A DNA stretch of 64,000 nt, from positions 401,533 to 465,532 of the forward strand of contig CAVYDL010000005.1 of the NCBI GenBank assembly GCA_963767275.1. Reading direction: 5' to 3'. The stretch's first letter is position 1. Each line of letters starts with the position of its first letter. A program made the translations under genes and the position numbers. The DNA is from an uncultured delta proteobacterium (GTDB lineage: Bacteria > Desulfobacterota > Binatia > UBA9968). The notes beneath the pieces were generated by a model. It was not told the origin of the DNA. It was given only the letters and a program-made list of their open reading frames with translations, and ran no database searches. Shown here in pieces: positions 51,296 through 60,103 of this stretch.

Positions 51296-52195
51296 TTGTC
51301 GGTGGCGCAATCGACTGACGATAAATTTCGCGTGACGCTGCTCGGCACCGGTGCGCCGCCGCCGCGCTTGGATCGATTTGGGCCTAGCACATTGGTCGAA
51401 GTCGGCCAGCAGAAATTTATTTTCGACGCCGGCCGCGGTGCGATGCAGCGGCTGCATCAATTGGCCATTCCGTTCAGCGATATCACCGGCCTTTTTCTCA
51501 CCCATCATCACTCGGATCATGTCGTCGGCTTTCCCGATCTCTGGCTCACCGGATGGATCGGCCGGCCCTGGGGACAGCGTGCGCAGCCGTTGCCGGTGTA
51601 CGGTCCAGTTGGAACGCGGCAGATGATGGAGCATCTGCCGCTGGCTTTCCACGTCGATATCCGCGTGCGCAGCCGCGTTTATCCGCCGGACGGCGTCAAA
51701 TTGGACGCCTGCGAGATTAGCCAAGGCGTGGTGTTCGATCATGCTGGGGTCAGGGTCAGTGCGTTCGAGGTCGACCATGGCGGCGAGGAATTGCCGGCCT
51801 ATGGTTACCGCATTGATTATCAAGGGCGCTCGGCGGTGCTTTCCGGCGATACCACCTTCAATGAGAATTTGATCGATCATGCCCAGGGTGCCGATTTACT
51901 GGTGCATGAGGTCACGGCGCTCGCCGGCAGCGCGGCCGAAGATCCGCAACAATTGAAAAGAATCGGCGCCAACCACACCACGCCGGAGCAGGCCGGTGAG
52001 GTGTTCGCGCGGGTGCGGCCGAAGCTGGCGGTGTTTAATCACCTACTGCTGTTCGGCAGCGCGCAGCCCAGGGACTTGATACCGGCGACGCGAAAAAATT
52101 ATGACGGGCCCTTGATCGTCGGTGAGGACTTGACGCAAATAGAAATCGGCAGCGAGATTCGCACCCTACCGTTCCAGCCCAAGCTGGGTCAGTGA
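51296..52195 (+). CDS. MBL-fold metallo-hydrolase
   Basis: HxHxDH motif LTHHHSDHVVGF. Confidence 0.7.
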   Translation: MSVAQSTDDKFRVTLLGTGAPPPRLDRFGPSTLVEVGQQKFIFDAGRGAMQRLHQLAIPFSDITGLFLTHHHSDHVVGFPDLWLTGWIGRPWGQRAQPLPVYGPVGTRQMMEHLPLAFHVDIRVRSRVYPPDGVKLDACEISQGVVFDHAGVRVSAFEVDHGGEELPAYGYRIDYQGRSAVLSGDTTFNENLIDHAQGADLLVHEVTALAGSAAEDPQQLKRIGANHTTPEQAGEVFARVRPKLAVFNHLLLFGSAQPRDLIPATRKNYDGPLIVGEDLTQIEIGSEIRTLPFQPKLGQ

Positions 52196-52349
52196 CTAGG
52201 GTAGCGCAGCTCGTTGTTCGGCGCCGCAAGCCCACCTGCGGGTTGGAATTTATCGCGACGGTGAGCGCAGGAAATGCTGGATATCGGCTCAAAGCTGTTG
52301 ACGAGCGGTGAGTCGCTGGGATAACCCAATCTAAGGAACTATCTTTTCA

Positions 52350-53345
52350 ATGAGAATAATTTTTATATGGCTATTGTGCTGCGGCTGGCTCGGGCTCACG
52401 CCGGTCGCTTTTTCGGCTGCACTCGAGCCGGTCACCATCGGTTACTCGACGTTTGCCGGCGCCTATCTGCCACTCTGGATTGCCATCGAAGAACGATTGG
52501 GGAGCAAATACGGTCTCGATCTGCGCGCGATCTATGCCGGCCGCATCAGACCGCAACAGCTTCTGGCGAGTAACGAAGTGCCGTTTGTCATGGCTTCAGG
52601 CACCGGCGCGATCACTTCACATATTCTCGGTATCAAGGACCAAGCGATTATCTTGGTCACGATCAACAAGGTTAATTCGGCGATATTCAGCAAGCCGGAG
52701 ATCAAACGGGCCGAGGATCTACGCGGTAAAACCATTGCCACCGGCCGCCCCGGCGCCTTCGGCGATACCATGGTGCGCTACGTCTTGCGCGCTAAGCTTG
52801 GGCTCGTGCCGGACCGCGATGTGAAGATGTTGCCGATCGGCGAAGCGCAGCTCGCTTTCCCGGCGCTCGAGCGCGGCGTCGTCCAGGCGGCGTCGTTGAC
52901 CCTTCCTTTTACTTTGATCGCCAAAAAAATGGGCTATCGGGAGTTGATCGATTACGACCAGGCAGGCGTCGTATATCCGTACAATACCGTTACCGCGCTG
53001 CGCCAGACGGTGGTGAAGCATCCCGATCTCACCGAGCGGGTCTTAAAGACGCTCATCGAAGGCAGTCATATCGCCACGACCGATCGGGAAAAAAGTTTGA
53101 CGGTGATGAAAAAATACCTGCGCGGAACCAGCGACGATATCCTGGACGAAACCTATCGCTACACCAAGAGCGTCACCGAAGAGGTGCCGACGCCGTCGCT
53201 GGAAATCACCAAGGCAGCGCTGGAAATTCTCTCCTATGAATACCCCAAAGCGAAAGACACCGACGCCAACCTGATCATCGATACGACGATCATGAAACGC
53301 ATAGAACAGAGCGGCTTCATCAAAGCCTTGTATAAAAATAAATGA
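52350..53345 (+). CDS. NMT1/THI5-like substrate-binding protein
   Basis: Signal peptide; tandem paralog of the next gene. Confidence 0.75.
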   Translation: MRIIFIWLLCCGWLGLTPVAFSAALEPVTIGYSTFAGAYLPLWIAIEERLGSKYGLDLRAIYAGRIRPQQLLASNEVPFVMASGTGAITSHILGIKDQAIILVTINKVNSAIFSKPEIKRAEDLRGKTIATGRPGAFGDTMVRYVLRAKLGLVPDRDVKMLPIGEAQLAFPALERGVVQAASLTLPFTLIAKKMGYRELIDYDQAGVVYPYNTVTALRQTVVKHPDLTERVLKTLIEGSHIATTDREKSLTVMKKYLRGTSDDILDETYRYTKSVTEEVPTPSLEITKAALEILSYEYPKAKDTDANLIIDTTIMKRIEQSGFIKALYKNK

Positions 53346-54409
53346 CGAGAGCATACACAATGGCCGGGTCACGGTGTAGACGGCGGTGTCGGGTCAAACC
53401 AAAAAACCGACTTCGCTGGGTCGCAACCGCCATCGCACTGTTGCCGCTATGGATGGCCGCCGCCTCGACGGTCTCGGCGGCGGCCAAGTTAGAAACCCTC
53501 ACCGTCGGTTATTCCAATTTTACCGGCACCTATGCGCCGCTCTGGGTGGCCGTCGAAGAGAATCTTGGCGCTAAGTATGGATTGGATTTGAAAGCGATCT
53601 ACGCCGGGCGGATCCGGCCGCAGCAGTTGCTCGCTATCGGTGAAGTGCCGATCGTGCTCGCCACCGCCACCGGGACGATTACCTCGCATATTCTCGGCGT
53701 GAAAGATCATGTGTTGGTGGCGACGATCACCAACAAAGTCGGCACGTCGATATTCGCCCGCGGCGATATCAAAAGCGTCGAAGATCTCAAAGGCAAGACC
53801 ATCGCCACCGGCCGGCCCGGAGCGTTCTTGGACGCGACCGTGCGCTACGTGCTGCGGAGCAAATTCAACCTGATGCCGGACCGCGATGTAAAACTATTGC
53901 CCACCGGCGAGCCGTCCCTCGGTTTGCAGGCCCTGGAACGGGGCGTTGTCGAAGCGGCGGCGATGTCGAGCCCGCATATGTTTGTCGCGCGCAAAGCGGG
54001 ATTCAGGGAGTTGGCCAGCTTCGACAAGTTGGGCGTCGAATATCCTTACACCAGTGTCGTGGTGCTGCGTCAAACGGTGGTGAAGAGCCCGGACTTGATC
54101 GAGCGCTTCCTAAAGACCATCGTCGAGGGAATTTATGTCTTCAAGACTAATAAGGCGAAGACCTTGGCGGCGTTCAAGCGCTACATGAAAGGCGCCGACG
54201 ATGAGATCCTCGAAGCAACCTACCAGCATAGCCGCGCGACGTTGGAAGATGCGCCCCATCCGACCCTCCAGTCGGTGAAGGTGGCGTTGGAAATGTTGGC
54301 GCTGCAATACCCGCAAGCGAAGCAGACCGACCCGAATCTCATCGTCGAGCCGATGTTTATGAAAAAGATCGAAGACAGCGGTTTCATCCGCGCGCTGCAC
54401 AAGAAATAA
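53342..54409 (+). CDS. NMT1/THI5-like substrate-binding protein (tandem duplicate)
   Basis: Collinear similarity to 52350..53345; start uncertain. Confidence 0.7.
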   Translation: MTRAYTMAGSRCRRRCRVKPKNRLRWVATAIALLPLWMAAASTVSAAAKLETLTVGYSNFTGTYAPLWVAVEENLGAKYGLDLKAIYAGRIRPQQLLAIGEVPIVLATATGTITSHILGVKDHVLVATITNKVGTSIFARGDIKSVEDLKGKTIATGRPGAFLDATVRYVLRSKFNLMPDRDVKLLPTGEPSLGLQALERGVVEAAAMSSPHMFVARKAGFRELASFDKLGVEYPYTSVVVLRQTVVKSPDLIERFLKTIVEGIYVFKTNKAKTLAAFKRYMKGADDEILEATYQHSRATLEDAPHPTLQSVKVALEMLALQYPQAKQTDPNLIVEPMFMKKIEDSGFIRALHKK

Positions 54410-54414
54410 ACACC

Positions 54415-55293
54415 ATGGCCGACAGCGACGAGATTCTCTATGACAAGCAACGTCAGGGCGTGCTGATCACGCTCAATCGTCCGGCGGCGATGAACGCGGC
54501 GACCCGGCCGATGTTGCACAAGCTCGGCGCGGCGCTCGACGATGCCGTCGCCGATCCGCAAGTGCGCGCCATTGTCCTGACCGGCTCGGGACGGGGCTTT
54601 TCCACCGGCATGGACCAGGGCGGCGGCGCGGCGCACCGGCGCGACATGGACTGGCCCTACGGCGTGCGCGCCGGTGAGAACGCGGCGGACTTTATCGACA
54701 ACTACCGCGGCCATGAGGCGATCTTCATGCGCATCTTCGAATGCTCCAAGCCGGTCATTGGTGCGATCAACGGTTGGGCCATGGGCGTGGGCTCATGGAT
54801 GTCGTTGTTCACCCATATCACCATCGCCTCGGAGCAGGCGGTGTTCGCCCAGCCGGAAGTGCGTCACGGCTCCAACACCGGATTTATCTGGACACTGCTC
54901 GCCGGCTTCAAAGACGGCCTGCGTTACTCCCTCACCGGCGACCATATCGACGCCCAGGAGGCGTTGCGCATCGGCCTGGTCAACCAAGTCGTGCCCGGCG
55001 ACCGGCTGCTCGACGAGTGTTTTGCGATTGTCGAACGGATCGCCATGGTGCCGCCGGAAACGGTCAAGCTCAATCTCCAACTGGCCACCATGGGCATGCA
55101 GATGATGGGCTTCAAAGACGCCTGGACGATGGATGGACAATTGTCGGCGGCGGCGCACACGCTGCTGCGCGAAGAGTTGCGCCGTCCGCTCGATGAAAAA
55201 CGAAAGTCCGAAGGAACCAAAGCTTACTTGCAGATGCGCGATGGGCCGTTTCAACCGGAGCCGTTTGGGCCGCGGGCGAAGCGGCGCGATTAA
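54415..55293 (+). CDS. enoyl-CoA hydratase/isomerase family protein
   Basis: Crotonase fold; motifs VLTGSGRGFSTGMD, INGWAMGVG. Confidence 0.8.
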   Translation: MADSDEILYDKQRQGVLITLNRPAAMNAATRPMLHKLGAALDDAVADPQVRAIVLTGSGRGFSTGMDQGGGAAHRRDMDWPYGVRAGENAADFIDNYRGHEAIFMRIFECSKPVIGAINGWAMGVGSWMSLFTHITIASEQAVFAQPEVRHGSNTGFIWTLLAGFKDGLRYSLTGDHIDAQEALRIGLVNQVVPGDRLLDECFAIVERIAMVPPETVKLNLQLATMGMQMMGFKDAWTMDGQLSAAAHTLLREELRRPLDEKRKSEGTKAYLQMRDGPFQPEPFGPRAKRRD

Positions 55294-55302
55294 GCGCGCC
55301 GC

Positions 55303-55410
55303 TGGTTCAAAACGTTCAAGCCGTTCAAATCGTTCAAAATGTCGGAGAAGCGGGCTCCGATAACCTCCGAGACGACTTGAACGATTTGAACTTTTTGAAC
55401 GGCTTGAACT
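55303..55410. repeat. GTTCAA/TTGAAC hexamer-cluster inverted repeat (best copy)
   Basis: gttcaa-aac-gttcaa-gcc-gttcaa-atc-gttcaa, about 45 nt spacer, then ttgaac-gat-ttgaac-ttt-ttgaac-ggc-ttgaac. Confidence 0.85.
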
Positions 55411-55434
55411 CCGGGAGAATGAAAGAAAACGATT

Positions 55435-56298
55435 GTGGCCAACTTCGAAACGATTCTGTTCGAAAAACAGCGCTGCGGCGTATTGATCACCTTCAATCGG
55501 CCGGCGCTGCGCAATGCGCTCAACCAGCGCTTGAAAGACGAGTTGCGGGCGGCCTTGGAGCTGGCGCGCGATGATGAAGCGATTCGTGCCGTGGTGCTGA
55601 CCGGCGCGGGCGGGGTGTTTTCCAGCGGCGACGATATGAACGAGTCAGTAGCCGGCAAGCCGGCGTGGCCCTATGCCATCGCCGAGGGCAGCGCCCTGGC
55701 GGATGTTTATAATCGGCTGCGCGACCGGGCCCGGCAGGAAAAGATCGACGAACAGCTTTATCGCTGGCAGTTTCCCAAGCCGATCATCGCGGCGGTCAGC
55801 GGTTGGTGTCTCGGTTCGGCTTCGTGGCTGGCGTTGTCGTCTCATCTGACGATTGCCGCCGATGACGCCGTCTTCGGTCAGCCGCAGGTGCGCCATAGCG
55901 ATGGCGCGGATTTTATCTGGACCGTTTTGGGCAAGTTCAAGAACGCTCTGCGCTATGGCCTCACCGGTGATCCTGTCGACGCCAAGGAAGCGTTGCGCTT
56001 GCGCCTGGTCAACAAAGTTGTGGCGAAAGACCGGCTGCTCGACGAATGTTTCCAGCTGGTCGAGCGTATTGCCCTGGTGCCGCCGGAGACCGTAAAGATC
56101 AATTTGCAAAAAGCCACTTCCGGGTACGAGATGATGGGTCTCGGCAAGGCCTGGTCGCTCAATGCCGAACTGTCGGCGATGGCACAGTTGTCGCGCCGGG
56201 AGGAGTTTTATCAGCCGTTGGAAGCGGCGCGCGAGCACGGCGGTTGGAAAGCTTTTTTTGCCGCCCGCGATGCGCCGTTTCGCGATCAAAAGAAATAA
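55435..56298 (+). CDS. enoyl-CoA hydratase/isomerase family protein (tandem paralog)
   Basis: Motifs VLTGAGGVFSSGDD, VSGWCLGSASW. Confidence 0.8.
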   Translation: MANFETILFEKQRCGVLITFNRPALRNALNQRLKDELRAALELARDDEAIRAVVLTGAGGVFSSGDDMNESVAGKPAWPYAIAEGSALADVYNRLRDRARQEKIDEQLYRWQFPKPIIAAVSGWCLGSASWLALSSHLTIAADDAVFGQPQVRHSDGADFIWTVLGKFKNALRYGLTGDPVDAKEALRLRLVNKVVAKDRLLDECFQLVERIALVPPETVKINLQKATSGYEMMGLGKAWSLNAELSAMAQLSRREEFYQPLEAAREHGGWKAFFAARDAPFRDQKK

Positions 56299-56363
56299 GC
56301 AGGATTGGTTCAAGTCGGTCAAATACTTGAAAACGTTAAGATCGTTTCGCATCGAGAAAGGAG

Positions 56364-57398
56364 ATGCTGATGGGATACTTGAAGTTTCGTTGCCTGCTGG
56401 CGGTTACTCTGTGGTTCATCTCCTTTGAGAACTATTGTCAGGCGCAGGCGAGCGATCCCAAGATCGTCGAGGCGGCGAAGAAGGAAGGCGGCGAGATCGA
56501 GGCTTACGTCACCCTGCGCACCGATACGGCGCAATATATTTGGAAGATGTTCGAAGCCAAATATCCGTTCGTAAAAGTGAAGCAGTACAAGGCTGACAGC
56601 GACAAGATGCTGCAACGCTTGGCCACGGAATATCGCGCAAAGAAGTATCTCGTCGATGTGCTCAATTTTGGCGGCGGCTTTCACACTCAGGTATTGATCG
56701 AGCATGGCATCGCCGGGGCTTACCTGTCGCCGGAGACGAAACACTTTGCGCCGGCGTTCAAAGAGAAGAACGGTCTGTGGACGACGCTCTATTACAACCC
56801 GCTGACGATCGTTTACAATACCAAAATACTAGCGCCGCAAGAACGGCCCAAAGAGTGGTTCGATCTCTTGCATCCGCGCTTCAAAGGCCGCTTGGCCATC
56901 GAGCAGGAGCAGGTCACTTGGTACGCCGGTATGTTGAAACGCTACGGCGTGGAGAAGGGCAAACAGTTCATGCAGGGACTGGCCAAACACGATCCGCGTC
57001 CCGAGCAGTCGTCGCGCGGCAATGCGCTGCTCGCCGCCGGCGAGTTTGCCGCCTACATCGGCCGCGGCCATGTGGCGGAGATGTTCAAGAAAAAAGGCGC
57101 GCCGGTGGACTGGATCAAAAATCCCGATCCGCTGGTCGTCCAGCCGGCGACGGTGCAGATCGCCAAGCACGCGCCCCATCCAAACTCAGCCAAACTTTTG
57201 ATCGACTTCATGTTATCGGAACAAGTTGGCGAACTCTTGGCCAAAGAGCAGCGTTTGCCGGGGCGCAGCAATGCCGCCGGCCTCGATCCGGCTTTTAAAG
57301 AGATCAACGCCGATAAAATTTTGCCTTTATCGATGGAAGAGGTGCAGGCGAACTTTCGAAAATATTTGGAAGAGTATAGAACATATTTCGGCAAGTAA
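56364..57398 (+). CDS. ABC-type Fe3+/solute-binding family 1 SBP
   Basis: Signal peptide; motifs YKADSDKM, HPNSAKLLIDFMLSEQ. Confidence 0.7.
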   Translation: MLMGYLKFRCLLAVTLWFISFENYCQAQASDPKIVEAAKKEGGEIEAYVTLRTDTAQYIWKMFEAKYPFVKVKQYKADSDKMLQRLATEYRAKKYLVDVLNFGGGFHTQVLIEHGIAGAYLSPETKHFAPAFKEKNGLWTTLYYNPLTIVYNTKILAPQERPKEWFDLLHPRFKGRLAIEQEQVTWYAGMLKRYGVEKGKQFMQGLAKHDPRPEQSSRGNALLAAGEFAAYIGRGHVAEMFKKKGAPVDWIKNPDPLVVQPATVQIAKHAPHPNSAKLLIDFMLSEQVGELLAKEQRLPGRSNAAGLDPAFKEINADKILPLSMEEVQANFRKYLEEYRTYFGK

Positions 57399-57413
57399 CC
57401 GAGCGGGTGGAAA

Positions 57414-57797
57414 ATGGGCAAGGCAACGGAAAGAGCAAAAACCGGTAATGTGACGATCGCCACGGTGCGACGGTCCGACGAAGCGCGCCAGGTCGCGGCG
57501 CGGCTGGAAGCCGCGGGTATCGAATGGGGCATCGTCGAAGAACGGCGGACGGTGCTCGCCAGCGGCGGCGGGTACCGCGCCGGCGGCATCAAAGTGCAGG
57601 TCGACCGCAACGACGCCAAGCGGGCCGTCGAGCTGTTGCGTGAACGGCGCGACGCGGCGCCAGCGCCGGAGGATCGCACGTTCCATGTCGGCGCCAAGCG
57701 TCAAGTGCGGGCGGTTAGATGGTGGCGCACGGCTCTCGAAGCGGGCGCAATTCTTGCCTTGGCGTCGTTGTTGGCGCTAGGGTTTTTTGTCGATTAA
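57414..57797 (+). CDS. DUF2007-like small protein with C-terminal TM helix
   Basis: 127 aa; C-terminal hydrophobic ILALASLLALGFFV. Confidence 0.4.
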   Translation: MGKATERAKTGNVTIATVRRSDEARQVAARLEAAGIEWGIVEERRTVLASGGGYRAGGIKVQVDRNDAKRAVELLRERRDAAPAPEDRTFHVGAKRQVRAVRWWRTALEAGAILALASLLALGFFVD

Positions 57798-57828
57798 ATT
57801 TTTTTATTTATAGGAAGAGAGACATTCA

Positions 57829-58869
57829 ATGCTCGATGGAAAGCTGCGCATTGCGCCGACCTGTTACCATGTGCTGCATCAAGTGCCGGTGATGACGGCC
57901 CATGAATTGAACTTTTTCTACGACGAGGGCCTTAAGACCGCCGACGGTTCCCTCGGCTACGAAATCCTCACCGACGCGATGGTGCCGTTCGGCTTGGAAA
58001 AGCTCGGCATCTCCCAGGCGATGAAGGAAAAATCGGTGGACATCGCCCTCGACGTGCAGTCGCGTACGGTGTTTTACCAGCGCGCCCGGGGGGCGGATCT
58101 CTACGTCATCTCCGGCTGGCGCAACCAGCATACCAACGTCTGGGTCGCGCCGCCGCATATTAAGTCCCTCAAGGAATTGAAGGGCAAGCGGGTTGGCATC
58201 AGCGATTTCAACAGCATTCGCCACTGGGCGATTCAGATTCAATTGAAAAAGGCCGGCCTCGATTTGGACAAGGACATCGAGTGGGTGCGCATCGGCGTCA
58301 ACTCGCGGCTGCATCTAGACGCGATCCGCAGCGGTCGAGTCGAATGCGCGCCGGTGCCGCCCTGGTATGCCAAAGAGTTGCAGGCCGAGGGATGTAATGC
58401 GCTGGTGTCGCCGGCGGATCAGTACCCCGACGGCCGGCCCGAGCGCATCATCGCCGCCACCGGCCGGATCCTCGAAGAGCGGCCCGACTTGGTCAAGGGG
58501 TTTCTTAAAGCGATGATCCGCTCCTATTGGTTCGTGCGCGATATGCCGAAGAACTACGAGTATATTTCCAACCTGGAAAAACGGCTGCGCTTGCGCAGCC
58601 CCGATCCCGAAGAACGTATCGTCAAACATATGCGTTCGGCTCAGGATTTAGAAGCGATGCCATTCCCATTGGACGGACGCGCCACCGGCTTTGAAGACAT
58701 GCTCAAGGAAGAAGAGCGGCTGGGCGAGCTTAATTACGAGGTCCCGGCAATCGGCGATGTAGTGGCCCAGGACTTGGTCGATGAGGCCTATCGCGAGCTG
58801 CGCGGGCGCAAGGATTTGGATGAGGAGTTTGAACGTTTAAAGGTGATTGAAAAACGCTGGGGATATTAG
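57829..58869 (+). CDS. NMT1/THI5-like domain protein lacking a signal peptide (cytoplasmic)
   Basis: SBP-like class II fold; N-terminus MLDGKLRIAPTCYHV has no hydrophobic leader. Confidence 0.55.
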   Translation: MLDGKLRIAPTCYHVLHQVPVMTAHELNFFYDEGLKTADGSLGYEILTDAMVPFGLEKLGISQAMKEKSVDIALDVQSRTVFYQRARGADLYVISGWRNQHTNVWVAPPHIKSLKELKGKRVGISDFNSIRHWAIQIQLKKAGLDLDKDIEWVRIGVNSRLHLDAIRSGRVECAPVPPWYAKELQAEGCNALVSPADQYPDGRPERIIAATGRILEERPDLVKGFLKAMIRSYWFVRDMPKNYEYISNLEKRLRLRSPDPEERIVKHMRSAQDLEAMPFPLDGRATGFEDMLKEEERLGELNYEVPAIGDVVAQDLVDEAYRELRGRKDLDEEFERLKVIEKRWGY

Positions 58870-58964
58870 CTATTAGCGTGTTTATTTAATGTGTTCCATG
58901 TATAATTTTTAAAGCGTTTTCACCTGGTTTCCTTAACCGCAGTTAATAAACGAAAGAGAGTCTA

Positions 58965-60008
58965 ATGAGAGCAAGGCCTTATAAATATTTTCAAATTCTA
59001 TCGGTGTTATTCCTGTGCAGTGGGAATATTTCTGCCGTCCACGCGCAGAACGCGAAAAGCTTTCTTGACGGTAAAACCATTACTTTTCTGGTCGGCTCGT
59101 CGGCCGGCGGCGGCACGGATGTGACGGCGCGGTTGATCGCGCGCCACATCGAACGCCATTTACCAGGCAAGCCGCGTATCGATGTCGCCAACAAACCGGG
59201 GGCGGGCGGCATGATCGCGGCCAATGAGCTTTACAATTTGAAGAAGCCCGACGGTTTGAGCATCAGCACGCTCAACACCGGCGCGCTGTTCGCGACCGCC
59301 ACAGCCAACGACGCGATCAAGTTCGATCTGCAAAGGTTTCTCTGGGTCGGCCAAGCCTTCGATGACGCTCAGGTGCTGTATCTCAAGACTTCGACGCCCT
59401 ACACCAGCTTCGATTTGATCAAAAAAGCCAATCGCGAAGGCAAGCAGCCCAAGATGGGCGCGCAGGCTCTCGATCACACCAGCAATGTCGTGGTAAAAAT
59501 CGCCGAGCAAATTTTCGGCTTGGACTTCACGGTGATACCGGGCTATCCCGGCACGCCGCAGATTCTCCTCGACATCGAGCGCGGCGCTCTCGATGGCCGC
59601 GCCCAGGGCATCGGCTCCCTGATGTCGACCCGGCGCGAGTGGATCAAAAGCGGCTATATTAAAATCTTGGCCACCTCCAAGCGGCGCCGCGACTCGCGCG
59701 TCCCGGATGTCGCTGCCATGGAAGAGATCGCGCCGGCAGGCAGCAAAGGGCTGCTCAACGCGCTATACGCCGGACAAAACCTCGCCCGCTCAGTGGTCTT
59801 GCCGCCGGGCGTGCCGGCGGATCGGCTGAAAATCTGGCGCGATGCTTTCGCCGCCATGACCAAAGACGAGGCCTTCAACAAAGAGGCCGAGAAACTCGGC
59901 CTCGAAGTCGAATTGATCCGCGGCGAAGAGATGAATCGCGACATCGAAAGCACGCTCCGGGATAAGCGGCTGATGGATCTCTACCGCATGATCGCCTCGG
60001 CGAAATAA
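58965..60008 (+). CDS. Bug family (TctC-like) substrate-binding protein
   Basis: Signal peptide; Bug-family fold. Confidence 0.8.
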   Translation: MRARPYKYFQILSVLFLCSGNISAVHAQNAKSFLDGKTITFLVGSSAGGGTDVTARLIARHIERHLPGKPRIDVANKPGAGGMIAANELYNLKKPDGLSISTLNTGALFATATANDAIKFDLQRFLWVGQAFDDAQVLYLKTSTPYTSFDLIKKANREGKQPKMGAQALDHTSNVVVKIAEQIFGLDFTVIPGYPGTPQILLDIERGALDGRAQGIGSLMSTRREWIKSGYIKILATSKRRRDSRVPDVAAMEEIAPAGSKGLLNALYAGQNLARSVVLPPGVPADRLKIWRDAFAAMTKDEAFNKEAEKLGLEVELIRGEEMNRDIESTLRDKRLMDLYRMIASAK

Positions 60009-60039
60009 GCCAAGCAAAGGGAAAGAACAAAAGTATAAA

Positions 60040-60075
60040 TGCATAAACAGGCTCGTAAGCGGGGCAAATGTTTTG
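60040..60075 (+). terminator. weak rho-independent terminator
   Basis: GGGGCAAA-TGT-TTTGC followed by TTTTTC. Confidence 0.4.
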
Positions 60076-60103
60076 CTTTTTCACTTTTACCTTTTGACCT
60101 GCT

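Noticed and set aside
50116-51390. 424-aa minus ORF covering an SBP gene
   Set aside because: Antisense to a well-supported NMT1-type SBP. The translation is Arg/Gly-rich and low in complexity.
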